This document shows positions 37,490 through 49,742 of a stretch of 64,000 nt of DNA, one piece after another. The DNA is from Somniosus microcephalus (Eukaryota), in contig CM126214.1 of the NCBI GenBank assembly GCA_052327205.1, positions 155,496,001 through 155,560,000 on the forward strand, given 5' to 3'. A model generated the notes under the pieces. That model searched no databases and was not told where the DNA came from. It saw only the letters and a program-made list of their open reading frames with translations. The position numbers and the translations under genes were made by a program. How positions within the stretch are numbered: the stretch's first letter is position 1; every line of letters begins with the position of its first letter.

Positions 37490-37681
37490 TGTTGTGTCTG
37501 TATATAATAAGACACAGACTGCAGGAGAACGGTATAACAGGTGTTTACTAAACGTGGCTCACACTGGAGCTGATCTGTACAGATTACTACTCAGCACTAT
37601 ATACAGGTGTGGTCACTGCCGGTACTGCCGTATACATGAGCTGTAAAAGATAGTTCCCCCCTTAAAGGTATATACATTACA
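37490..37681 (-). repeat. 5' LTR
   Basis: Direct repeat of 31828-32019; PBS immediately inside at 37479-37488. Confidence 0.95.
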
Positions 37682-39494
37682 ATTAGGGACTGAAATGAAA
37701 CCTGAAGAGAGGCGAATAACTAACAAAAAAGGAATATAGAATATTACAACATGGCAACTTGTGTTATCTGAAATTCATTTTTCAAATTTCCTGCTGGTAG
37801 TGTGCCATTAAATATACTTTATATATTGAATGATGTTCCCGACTAATAATGCTGAGAAAGAATAATGCTAATTTTGGTAGGAATGGTCAGTCATCTTAGA
37901 TGGTGCCCTGTGCAGCCGTATGGAACACAACCTGAGAACATGAACAGTAAAGACTGGAGCAAAGATGAATCATTAGTGCCATTTTGTGAATTATCTGTGT
38001 CCAACCAGAAACAGATGTTTTGTATTCACATTCCCCTCACCTGCCCAGTACTAAAAATTCCACCCATCATCTCACTATTGTCAGTGAGTTCCAAACATTC
38101 TTGTACACTTTTATATCCAAGCTTATGGATTGGATTAAGTACTGATCTTTGATTTGTGAAAATACTACTGTAGCTCACCAATGCAGGTCAACTATCCATG
38201 ATTAAGCTTGCATATGTGATCTCAGAAGCAAAGTTTAACTACAAGTGTTTGTTTTGTAACCAGGGAGTAGTGCTGATGGTGGTTCATGAATTCAGCTAAC
38301 TTTAAATTTTGACAATCTTGCCGAGAGCCTGCCAGAAGAATAGCAAGTTAAGCCAGGACCCAGAGTCCTAGTCTTGCACTGGAGTTCCTGATTGGCCTGT
38401 GAGGGCAGATCCATTGCCCACCCCAAACAAGTATGAGGGGTGGGGTGTGGCGGGGGCTGGGGCGGAAACTCCCTACATCGAGAGTTCCCACTTTCCTGGT
38501 CCTCTGAGGAACCCAGCTTATAGTCAGTGGAGGTCCGCCAGGTGAGACCAGCTGTACTTACCCACTGAAGGGCAGAAGTATGACCTACCTGGGGTTCCAA
38601 GCTGGGAGCATGGCCTGGTTCCCCAAAGAAAAGGGTAAAGTTTTTATAAATGTTAGTTCAACGTGGCCCCTTACCAAGGAGGGGGGCCATTAAAGGCAGA
38701 TTTAAGTTTCTTCCGGTGGGGGGGGGGGGGGGGGGGTGGGGGCGGACCTGGCAACCTCACTGGGACGATTCACCTCCACCGGACTTTGATGGCCTTTGGC
38801 ATAAGGTGAGCATCCACCATTAGTATTACAATTAGAAAACCTCTCCTTGACTGTCCAAACTCTGATGGTGGAACTCTTAGCTGGTCACATGCCGGAACTT
38901 GTGTTTGGATGAGTCCCACATCCCCATTACATAAATGTAAATATTTGTTGTTATTGTAAAATAATACTTTATTATTTCCAAACATATCTCAGGTGTAAAC
39001 AGAATAACTTGCTCGGGAACAGTATGATACTGTAAAATAACTTCATTCAATAATACAACAAGCATACAGCTTTGTAAATGTATCTTATTACTTCTTAAAA
39101 TATGCAAATTGGTCTAACGTTTCACTAGTGGGCAACATTTTCCTATATTCGAGCAGCTTGGTTGCATTCCAAGCCTCTAAGCAGTCAGGAGGAGTTAGAT
39201 TCTGAAATATATTTGCAATCATTTTTGTTCCAATTACTTCTAGCAATTAACAACCATTGTCTCAGCTGTGACCTTATTCTGAAAACTATTCTTTAAGTTT
39301 TGTTGTAATGTAACAGTAGCCTGAATTTTCCTGCATTACTGGGTCAGTGTCTATGCACTATCTTTCCTATGTGCTGATGCAAAGTACCATTTTGTTATTA
39401 GAGCTTTGTCTCTAGCCTGAAGCCCGTGGGATTAAAGGAGCAGTGACAGCATGGATATAAAATTGGCTAAGGGACAGAAAGCAGAGAGTAGTGG

Positions 39495-40160
39495 TGAGAA
39501 CTTTACCTTTCACGATGTGCAATTGATTATAGTGCTGTGTAATGGGAATCCCCAGTGTACAGCTGCAGTGCTGTCATCAAGCTGTCTAAGCAGCCAATCG
39601 CATCGAAGAATTCTCACAGACAGCAAACCAGGAAATGAAAACCACTGGTTATCTGCACTTTTTAAAAATGTACAGAGAGCAAAATAAAGATTGGTATACA
39701 CACTGGAGTTAAGGTAAAAGCTGAAATATCATGAAGAAATATAATTTAAAAAAAAAATGTTTTATCATAATGAAGAAATTTGACACTCCACAATTCTAAA
39801 AATTAGTTTTTCAGGGCCAGAACAGTTATTTAGTAGTCAATATGGTGTTTAAACCCAGTTAAACCTATTCCAATAAGGCTTAACATTTAATGGGGTATTT
39901 AACAGCGATATTAACATGGAAAAGCCTAAGATTTCCTCAGTTCCCCTGATTTCACTGATTCCTTGGATTGCCGGCTATGGGGAGGGGTGGAGGGTGTCCT
40001 CAGCGCAGCCTGTGTCGGAGCAGTGAATGACTCACCGCAACTTTATGATTTCCGTGTTTAGCAGTGCATGTGCTAAATCCTGAAGTTGCAGTCAGTTTCA
40101 GAGAGGTAATGACGGCAAACGCTGACAGTTCGCCATCATTACCCACCGCAAAATCTGAAC
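39495..40160. mobile_element. Old MITE related to 1-695
   Basis: Shared blocks TTTTCAG.GCCAGA, GCAACTT..TGATTT..GTGTTTA...TGCATGTG; terminus CGCAAAATC. Confidence 0.45.
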
Positions 40161-41211
40161 CATTATCTACTTACCTGCTCTAATGCATTCCAGCTACCCG
40201 ACTGAAATTTTCTCTCATTACAATCTAATCTCTGTTTAAACTACAGCCCCAGTGGAGACTGCTTTCATTTTGAATAAGGGTAATCAAAATTGCAAGTTTG
40301 TTCATAGCATTTAAATACATGGTTGTTAGCTTCAGTTCATGCAGCAAGTGATATTAAATTACCAGCCCGACTGTGTGTCAGTGTTTTCCTACCCTTAGCA
40401 TTAACCATTTATACCACTAGATATAACTATTCAGCCAGGACAACTGTTGCATCCATATGTGGGAGTTTATACTCTGAACTATGGAAAGGATAAATTACAT
40501 TTGCCTATTTAGAGTGATCAGTTTGCCAACTAGCAATAGATGTGTATTTGTAACTCAAGTATACATGGTAACCTTGGGAACAAAAACAACCCATACCGAA
40601 AGACACAATGTAAAACGTAGAAATAAAATATCTTCTGTTTCAGTAAGTTCCGCTCTTTCAGTATTTTAAGGAAGCAATGGACATACAGGGTAACAATGAG
40701 ATGAGCCATAAAATTGAATCTTTGATAGCAATTTAAAACTAATCCTATTGCTCTGCACTCTTTCCATAGCCCTGTATCCTTCTCTGCTTCAAAAGCTAAA
40801 CTACTCCTTCCTTAAAAAATGCAATGGTCTCTGCCATTACTACTCTATGTGGTAAAGCATTATATATTCGTGTAACTCTGTGATGTGTATGATACTTGCA
40901 TATTGTTAACTTAACGCCCCCTGATGGGAGTAAGTGCACTGTAGCAATTACACTCCAAGGTCTCTATTCTATTGATTTTATTGTTCTTTGATGGAATATT
41001 CTAGCAACTCTGGAAGTAGTTACCACACCAATCTGAGTGTTTATTTGGACATAACAGTGGTTGCAAGGATAAAGGACAGCCCATTGTTGAAACAATTTAT
41101 TACTTCGGTAGTGCTCTGCCTTGTCACTGAATTTTTTTTGTCATGTTACCATTAGTTGTGAAGGTTGAAGAGTATTGATTGGGCTCGAGCTAGAGTATGT
41201 AGAAAGACTTC

Positions 41212-41918
41212 GGGCTAAAAATTGAGTAGCGCCCCAATTGGGGCGCTAACTTCGCCGGGACGCTAAAAGTAGCGCCCCGGAAAAATTAGCGTCCCCGCGC
41301 CAGAAATTGAGTGGTTGCACACCAAGAGGGAAGCGGGGTGCTACTGGAAGTGCCCCGCATCCCTCTTGGGGCGCTGTGAGTCAATATTGCGGCGTTATGT
41401 GCTGCAGCGCCACACGCTGCGGCACGGCGCGCCGCGGTATTGCAGGCCTTCCTCCCCTTCTTAAAGGGGAGGGGCCTTGTGCAGCGTGACCTGGGGCCCA
41501 GCTGGGCCCCCGGGGATCGGGAGTTCAGGCAAAAGAGCCCGTCACTCAAGAGAAGTGCCAGGAGCGCAGGCAAGTGCTGGCAGGCGTCCAGCAACAAAAA
41601 TGGCCGCCCCGCACCTCGCCTTTAAATTGCGCCTCCCCAGCCGCAGGTACACCCCCCTGACCCCGTCGGACATAGCGTCCGGCGGTAAGTCAGGGGGCGC
41701 TCCCGAAGATCGTGGCCAGGGTGTGAGTGGGGCGCTGCGCATGCCAATGACGTCATTGCCAGTGCCGCAGGGCGCTACCGGTTAGCGCCACCACTAACCT
41801 CCCACTGAATTTTGCGGGAGGCGTGGGCAGTGCCACGCCCGGGCGCTAGTTGGTTTGCGTCCCGTTAGCGCCCTCTTAAGGTGCTAACGGGAGGCGCAGC
41901 CAACTGAATTTTTCTCCC
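41212..41918. mobile_element. GC-rich Harbinger MITE
   Basis: TIRs GGGCTAAAAATT / AATTTTTCTCCC; TTC TSD. Confidence 0.88.
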
Positions 41919-42599
41919 TTCATTTTTATTTTGAGGCATATGAACTTGCAATAGATTCCCAAGACCTGCACCATAATAGTGATTAAGAATCTGATTGCTC
42001 CTGCCTAGTCTAAGGACAAAATGTATGAGGTGTTCACCCAAGTGGTCAAAGAACATCTGAGCTCAAAGCCACTCGTTATTGTGGAACGGTTCAAGTTTAA
42101 CCAGAGGAGGCAAAGGGATGATGAAAATGTTTTTCAGTTTATGGCAGAACCGGGGAAGCTACCTGAAACATATGACTTTGGTGGGTTTCTTGCCAATGCA
42201 ATAAGAGACCACTTTGCCTGTGGTTTGAAGGAAACATCGATACAGAAGAAACTTTTGGTAGAAGACAGACTCGTGTCTGCTACAGCTCTCGAAATAGCAC
42301 TTGGGATGGAGATTGCTGCCAGGCAAGCTAGTCAATTACAAGCCAAAGGGTCTAACAGCCCCAGAGTGAACAGAGTAGGTCAACCATGTTGGAGGTGTAG
42401 TCAAAATAAATCATCCAGACCGATGATGTGTTTTTGGAAGAAGGTTAAATGTCATAACTGCAAGGAATTGGGCCATTTAGCTATGTGTTTCCAGAAGCCA
42501 ATAGGTGCTTGTAGATTGGAGGCAGGGAGAACTAAAGAAGGCCCCAAGTCGTATCATAGCGCTGTGAGGAATCAGCAGAACAAAAGACAAAAATCCACA

Positions 42600-43287
42600 G
42601 GCCTAGAAATTCGGTTTTGGCGCAGCGAGGGCTTTAGAGCCGGAAGTTAGTGCCGGCGCTAAGTCCCCCTGCGCGCGCCAAAAATTCAGTAGCGCCGCGC
42701 CCAAACGGCTGCCGGCGCTACTGAGGGGTCTCAGCGCCTCAAAACTGGCGCCACGCGCCGCATTGCGGCGCTATTCCGGCGCTGCGGCGCCCGCTGCGGT
42801 GCGGCAGGCTCGGGAAGTGCAGGCCTCCTCCTTCCGTTAAGGAGGAGCTGCCTGCACCCGGCCGCGGCCCGCGATAATCTTTTTAAAAATGAGCCCGGCA
42901 CCTCGGACAAGTGCCGGGCTTGCTTCTGTTCCGGTGGGGGGTGGGGGGGGAAGTCCGGGGAGGGAGCTGCGGCCAGGCGGCCGGCGGGAAAGCGGCCGGC
43001 CGCCGCGGGGCCTTTAATGCGCCGGCGCAAAGTTCTGTAAGGCACCTCTGCCAGAACGTTGCTTGCGGCTGCCACGGGCGAGGCGGCCGCAACTCAATTT
43101 CCGAGTTCGGGCAGGTTACCATGGCAACCGGGACGCTGCGCACACCGATGACGTCATCGGTGCCGGCGCAGCGCTACCGGCCTAACGCCGATTTAGGGCC
43201 CCTGTCAATTTCTAAACTGGCCATAACTTCGGCGCTAGGCCCTCTAGCGCCTCAAAAGCGGCGCTAAGGCCAGTGAATTTCTAGGCC
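42600..43287. mobile_element. Young, very CpG-rich Harbinger MITE
   Basis: TIR GGCCTAGAAATTC / GAATTTCTAGGCC; ACA TSD. Confidence 0.92.
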
Positions 43288-43317
43288 ACAGTCCCTTATG
43301 TTGTTTGCCCTGAAGAA

Positions 43318-43475
43318 CAATGTTCCAGTTAAGCTGCACGGCCACACAGCAGTCTGGAGGTCCCGTGCAGGCCGCTTGCCGGCTTTACAATAGGAAAAAC
43401 TGCACATGCGTAGAAATTTGAATGGGCCGCGCAGCCCGTTAAAGGGGCTGCGCATCCAAATTAAAGGTAACATTG
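43318..43475. mobile_element. hAT-type MITE (158 bp)
   Basis: TIR CAATGTTCC / GGTAACATTG; 8-bp TSD CTGAAGAA / CCGAGGAA (6 of 8 match). Confidence 0.65.
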
Positions 43476-43714
43476 CCGAGGAACATGAGGAAGAAACCAT
43501 ACCACAAGGCAAGGCTGATGAAGAAGAGAAGCATTTTCCTGTACAAGCAGTAACGTGAAATTGTGGTCCCTGTCTGGATAGAAGGTATTAAACATATTGT
43601 ACTGGACACTGGGGCTGTGGTAACTATTATGCAATTAACAGTATATGAGGAAAAATTTCAGAAAATTCATCCTGCCAAAATCTGACATTTTACTGAAAGG
43701 TTATTCTGGATGCC

Positions 43715-43930
43715 CATAACACATAACACTCTGCAAAAAGAAATTTCTCCTAACCTTTCCTCTCATTCTCTTAGTAACAATTTCAAATTGATGTCCCCTT
43801 GTCACTGAATCCCTAACCAAAGGAAATGGTCTTTCCCTCTTCACCTTATCAAAATGTTCACAACTATAGTATCTCATCTCTTTATTCTTGAACTTTATGC
43901 CCCTATTTATAAAACCCAAAATGTTATTAC
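43715..43930 (-). mobile_element. Old CR1 fragments
   Basis: LGFINRGI..K and FPLVRDSVTRGHQFEIV...VRRNFF. Confidence 0.65.
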
Positions 43931-45924
43931 CTTTCTTTTATTGCTTTCTCTGTCTGCATTTGCACCCAATCTATTTAAACAGGTATTTCATTCACTCCAT
44001 TTTAACTGCCTCCCTGCCTGGTTTCTGCTGGGCGAGGGAGTTAAAATTTCCACCATTGAGTTATGGGATCAAAAAATGGTTTTATTTTTATTAATTGCAG
44101 TCTATTGGGCATATACTATGATAAGTTACCCCACAAGGATATTTATTCCTGGCCTAGTCGTTTAGGGTAGGGCAGGGAAACATCTACATGATTTATCCTG
44201 ATAGTCTCAAAGTTCTTCAAGCTCTGGATACCATTTTTTTGTTGCTTTTTATTGTATGTATCTATTTATTTGTTTTTTTCCTGCCAGTTTTCTCCCCTGT
44301 CCATCCCATCTCCTGAGAGTGCTGACTCATTGGGCTATGGTTTCACAGGTGTCTGTCATCCTCCAGTACCTTCTGCAAGCAGCCACTGTTAATGTGTGAG
44401 CCTAGACAGAAAAGTATTAGCAGGCTATTCAATTGTGAAGGGAAATCTTAGTCGAGCCCACTCCTGTTCTACACATGCACTTCCAGCAGAGGTAACGGAT
44501 GGCAATCAGGAGCAAGAATTTAGGGCAATGTAGGCCACTTATTGGGCTGCATAGTGATGTCAATAGACACTCTGTAATTATAGCGCCTTAATTAACATCC
44601 TAGCTGGGACCAGTTAGCTTAGCAGAAACCTGGGATTGTGATCTTCCTGGCCTTATGGCTCAGCATGAATGCTCCTCCTGGACCCACAAAAATCTTTCGG
44701 CCCACCGTTAGCTCATCCAATTCCCTCCAAGCAATTGCCTTCCCTCCCCGAGGAGAACATTTCTGTCTCGGATCCATGGTGGAGACGCCAGAATTCCTGC
44801 CCCGCCACCCCACCTGCGACACCTGAACAGTGTTTGCTGCTCTCCAGGATTATGGAAATCAGGCTCGGTGCTCAAAATGGTTCGGGCCTTTCCCCTAGGA
44901 CTTCAGGTGGGTGGCACGAACACTCTTCCCACAGCCTGCATGAAGTCAGCCCATAGTTAAAATCTACTTCTTAGTCTTTTCCAAAAACCCCAAAATAGGT
45001 CACTCTCTTTTCTCAACTTCTTACATGACTTACTTCACACCAATTTGCTTGAGGTTTTTCCTAGCTATCCTGCCCTTGGCTATTGGGCCCTGATCCAATC
45101 AACGGTCTTATCAGTCACTTGTATCCTTCCATCCTACTCCCGAACCTGATATGCAATCTTGTGCTTCTCTTCACTATTTTTAAACTGCTTGTTATTCTGT
45201 ATTGAACCTTTGTGTCTTTTCCAGTTTTTTACCCAAGACTTTGATGCACAGAGTACATTTTTATTTGAGTAATTTGTTTGCAGTAATGTTATGCCACTCA
45301 ACTTTTATTGTGCAGAGAGCAGACCATGAAAGCAGATCTTTGAAATGCTAGAAGAAGAGTTAAAGTTAATTTTCCTGCCTATTTAGGTCAATAGATGTAG
45401 ATAATGGCTCTAAGATATGATCAGGTTCCAAACATTGGGCACATTTGCCTGTCATTACTATCCATTGCAAACTTATAATATGCACTCACCTTTGAAACAT
45501 TTTGCAGTACGGCCAAACATACTGTTAAATTCATTTTTAAAAAGTATGTATTTCATGTTTCTGCCAGATCTATAAAACTGTTTGCATACTTAGAATTACA
45601 TAGAATTTACAGTACAGAAACAGGCCATTTGGCCCAAATAGTCTATGCCGGCGTTTATGCTCCATGTGAGCCAAGTCTGTTTACATTGCAGATAAATATG
45701 AATACAGTATAGAAAATTGATTTGATGCAAAAACTCAAAGGAAAATCCCACATGATGAAAAATGCCCATCATGATTTGGGAGGGAAGTGTAGTTCTAGCA
45801 GCTTAAATGTAAACACCAAGAGAACAAGGCTTGGAAGTTTCTACATAATCTCAGAAATCTGCTGATGCTATTCTCCAAGTCCTGTTTAGCTGCGATTTTT
45901 ATATGATTTGCTCTGTATTGGGTC

Positions 45925-46470
45925 CAGCTCACCCATCACCCCTGTCTTCACTGATCTCCACCACTGGTTCTTTGGCTCCCAACACACCAAATTTTAAATC
46001 TTTGTCCTTATTTATAAATCCCTTCATGTACTTACCTCACCCTAATTCAGTAATCTGCTCCAGCCTGACACTCCAGCCTGCGTCCTACGGTTCTCTGGCT
46101 CTGTGCTCCTGGACATTCCCCTCCCCCAACTATTCCTCACTTGGTGGCAGAGCTTACAGCCATCTTGGCCTCACCCGCTGGAACACCCTTCCTAAACTCC
46201 TTCACCTTGCGACTTTCCTAACCACCTTTGAAAATCTCCTCAAAACTTACTTTTTTATTGCATCTTTAGCCAACTGCCCAAAACCTCGACAGCTCAGTCT
46301 ATCTCTCTCCTAAATCCTCTCTCATTTGGTGTGTGTCTCTCATCTACATCCTTTACCACTGGTCTGATTCTCTCCTAGTTTCTCTACCACTCAGCCTGAT
46401 TATCTCCTCTGTGAAACGCCTTGTGATGTTTTATTACATTGAAGGCACTGTAGAAATGCAAATTGTTGTT
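45925..46470 (+). mobile_element. L2 LINE 3' end
   Basis: LGGRAYSHLGLTRWNTLP...LLKTYFF; tail TGTGAAACGCCTTG...GAAGGCACTGTAGAAATGCAA. Confidence 0.75.
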
Positions 46471-48594
46471 CACTGCGATGAGAAAATAAAGCCCATTAAC
46501 CGAGGGAAGAATTATATCGCACACCCATGGCATCAGATAATTTTTGCCCTCCTCACATTATTAGAAATAATTACAAATGCATCAAAATGCAATGTGCCCT
46601 ATTCTATAGGATAACCAGTATATAGTATCACAGGATTTTTAATAAGACATCCTATGGGATATTTTGGTATGGCAAAACTTTGCTGATAAGGCGATACAAA
46701 ATTTATTGTCTCTAGACAAAGTGCACTTCAGTTCTGTAATTAGAAAAGTCCCTGTAGGATAACACATTGCTAATTTGATCTGCTTTGCTGCCAATGGTAC
46801 CATGAAAAAGGGACATTACGCCTTAACTGATAAACAGTGTTTGCCAACTTGCAAATCCATCTTCAGCTATTTTGTTGATGCTGTAACTATCTATAATTGT
46901 GTGATAATTTCAATGAATTATGGCTTCCACACCAACGCCTCTCAGCTGGTGCTGTGTGATTTCCCCACAACAATAGATAAGTAAGTGCTGACATCAGTGA
47001 TATTCCCTATTAGAGATGCCAGTATTAGTACATGAAACCATAGATTTGAAATAATTGCAACTGGGTGGTTTCAGGCTTCAGTCTTTTTATCACCTGATAT
47101 GAGGCGAGCTAAAATTAAATCACATCGTGACTGTAACGATTTTCACGTGTTGTGACCCTGACACTCTATAACTCAGCCACTGAGTAAAGGACTATTTCAA
47201 GGTTGTGGATTTAGGACTTGATCCTGACTCACTTAGTTGTGTGGAAAATAATGCGTTAAAAAGAGACTGGAGATCCCTCTTGTTGCTATAGGACTATATC
47301 TGGAATTGTGAACTGGTGCAAAAGTGACATTTTTACAAAGTTCTTGTTTGATATCAAAGCACAGAACACAGTAAAAACGATTTTATTTGATTATAGTCTG
47401 TATTCTAGTACATATAGACACAAGTCACATTTGTACTTTGCTGTTCTGTAACTCTGCTGGTCATTCCCTGTCTTACCTGCCCTGTTCTTTTATGCAATAT
47501 GAGAGTCTCCATGATAAATACACTATGGAGGAAGATTTCTGTGAGCGATAAAAATCAATCAAGTGTCATAGAGCTGGAACTACACTGTCAAATGTGATCC
47601 AATTACAGTCCATGGAAATTCACTCAATGATTTAATATAATTTTGTGGTATAGAATAATGCAGCACAGAAGAAAGTCATTCGGCCCATCGTGCCTGTGTC
47701 GGCTCTTTGAAAGAGCTATCCAATTAGTCCCACTGCCCTGCTCTTTCCCAATAGCCCTACAAATTTTTACTTCCAGACATACTCGTTTTAATATGCTGCA
47801 ATACAAGTTTGCAGGTAAGGTATACAGCCCATCTTTTAAATAGCATTTTCTGTCTAACAAACCATGGAGCCAAGTTTAAGGCCCCCGAACCTGGCATAAA
47901 CAGGGTGGCAGTGGCCTGAAAATGGCGTCTGGTCACACCTTGGGTAGGATCTTGAGATGGGAGACTGGAGCTGACACCTATTTTAGATGGGAGGCCACTT
48001 GTCATATGCAAATTGGAACTGGCTGACATACATAGGACCCCGATTGCAATTCTGAGGTATAAATGGTTGGATCATGTGCAGGGATGTTCAATACCAGTGT
48101 TGAGTAGCCTAACCAGCGGGCTTTAAAGGGACCACTGGAGGCCACTCAGGAATACTCTTTCTGGGCCCGCTGCCAGCCCATGCAAGACCCCCCCACCCCA
48201 GCTCAGATTGCCTACCTACGCCGCCCCTGACTGAGTGTCAGTAAGCTCAGGCTGCTTTCCTGCCCTTCCCAAACAACAAGCTACCTTGGAGCGTCAGTTT
48301 GGTGCCCACAGCTTACTGGCTGCATGTAAATGCGGCCGAGTTCTCAAAATGGCTCAGGCCCCATGGCAGTAACAACAGACGGGTGGCGGTCATGCTCTGC
48401 CCACTGACCATCCATCTTGTGCCTCAAGTTAAAATCAAGCCCCATATATTTTTCATTGAAGCAAACTAGGTGTTCGTAAATAAAATATAAAATCGGCTCA
48501 ATTTTTGATGGAAGCAATTTGTATCTGATTGAAAGTCTCATTGTGGCTAGTTTCTATTATGTACTCTCTTTGTACAGTTTACATTAAAAAAAAA

Positions 48595-49742
48595 TCATTT
48601 ATGGGATGTGGGCATCGCTGGCAAGGCCAGCATTTATTGCCCATCTCTAATTGCCCTTGAGAAGGTGGTGGTGAGCCGTATTCTTGAACTGCTGCAGTCC
48701 GTGTGGTGAAGGTTCTCCCACAGTGCTGTTAGGTAGGGAGTTCCAGGATTTTGACCCAGCGACAATGATGGATCAGCGATATACTTCTAAGTCAGGATGG
48801 TGTGTGACTTGGAGGGGAACTTAGAGGTGGTGGTGTTCCCATGCACCTGTTGCCCTTGTCTTTCTAGGTGGAAGAGGTCACGGGTTTGGGCGGTCAGTAG
48901 TTGTGCTACCGAGCCACTCTTGGTGATGGACATTGAAGTCCCCCACCCAAAGTACATTATGCGCCCTTGCTAATCTCAGTGCTTCTTCCAAGTGGTGTTC
49001 AACATGGAGGAGTACTGATTCATCAGCTGAGGGAGGGCGGTAGGTGATAATCAGCAGGAGGTTTCCATGCCCATGCTTGACCTGAAGCCATGAGACTTCA
49101 TGGGGTCTGGAGACAACGTTGAGGACTCCCAGGGCCACTCCTTCCGACTATACACCACTGTGCCGCCACTCCTGGTGGGTCTGTCCTGTGGGACAGGACA
49201 TACCCAGGAATGGTGATGGATGAGTTTGGGACATTGGCTGAAAGATATGATTCTATGAGTATGACTATGTCAGGCAGTTGCTTGATTAGTCTGTGCTTGA
49301 TTAGACAGCTGTCCCAATTTTGGCACAAGTCCCCAGAAGTTGGTGAGGAGGACTTTGCAGGGTCGACTGGGCTGGGTGTGCTGTTGCTGTGTCCGTAGCC
49401 AGTGCCAAGGTCCATCCAGTTTCATTCTTATTATTGTGTTACAACTGAGTGGCTTGCTAGGCCATTTCAGAGGGCAATTAAGAGTCAACCACTTGCTGTG
49501 GGTCTGGAGTCACACATAGGCCAGACCAAGTAAGGATGTCAGATTTCCTTCCCTAAAGGACATTAGTGAACCAGATGGGTTTTTAGGACAATCCGATAAT
49601 TACTCCAGATTCCAGATTTATTTAATTAACTGAATTTAAATTCCCCAGCTGCTGTGGTGGGATTTGAAGTCAGGTCTCTGGATCGTTAGTCCAGGCCTCT
49701 AGATTACTAGTCCAGTGACATACCACTACGCTACCATTTCCT
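48595..49742 (-). mobile_element. Internally deleted family X element: tRNA-like head, body, APE endonuclease N-half and LINE 3' end
   Basis: Head GGTAGCGTAGTGG...TTCAAATCCCACCAC; frameshifted VLLTNFWGL..KLG.LS / PDIVILIESYL / TYRPPS / WVGDFNVHH; junction at ~48890 directly to the 3' UTR. Confidence 0.8.

Larger units (their letters stand above)
31828..37681 (-). mobile_element. Full-length Ty3/Gypsy LTR retrotransposon (K02A2.6-like gag-pol), decayed
   Basis: Two 192-bp LTRs; TSD GTTAG/ATTAG; PBS TGGCGACAAG; PPT AAAAGGGGAGGAAT; domain order gag-PR-RT-RH-IN. Confidence 0.96.
41950..43700 (+). pseudogene. Old Gypsy gag-protease relic interrupted by two MITEs
   Basis: KPLVIVERFKFNQRRQ, IRDHFACGLK..IQKKLL, KCHNCKELGHLA.C; protease VLDTGAVVTIM at ~43597-43632; no LTR found. 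Confidence 0.8.

Noticed and set aside
38716-38745. Poly-G / G-quadruplex tract (also 29040-29070 and 30045-30155)
   Set aside because: Lies within what appear to be degraded repeat interiors, homopolymer length is error-prone, and nothing points to a specific function
42600-43287. CpG-island promoter of a host gene, or bacterial contamination
   Set aside because: Bounded exactly by TIRs and an ACA TSD, and homologous to other MITEs in the window
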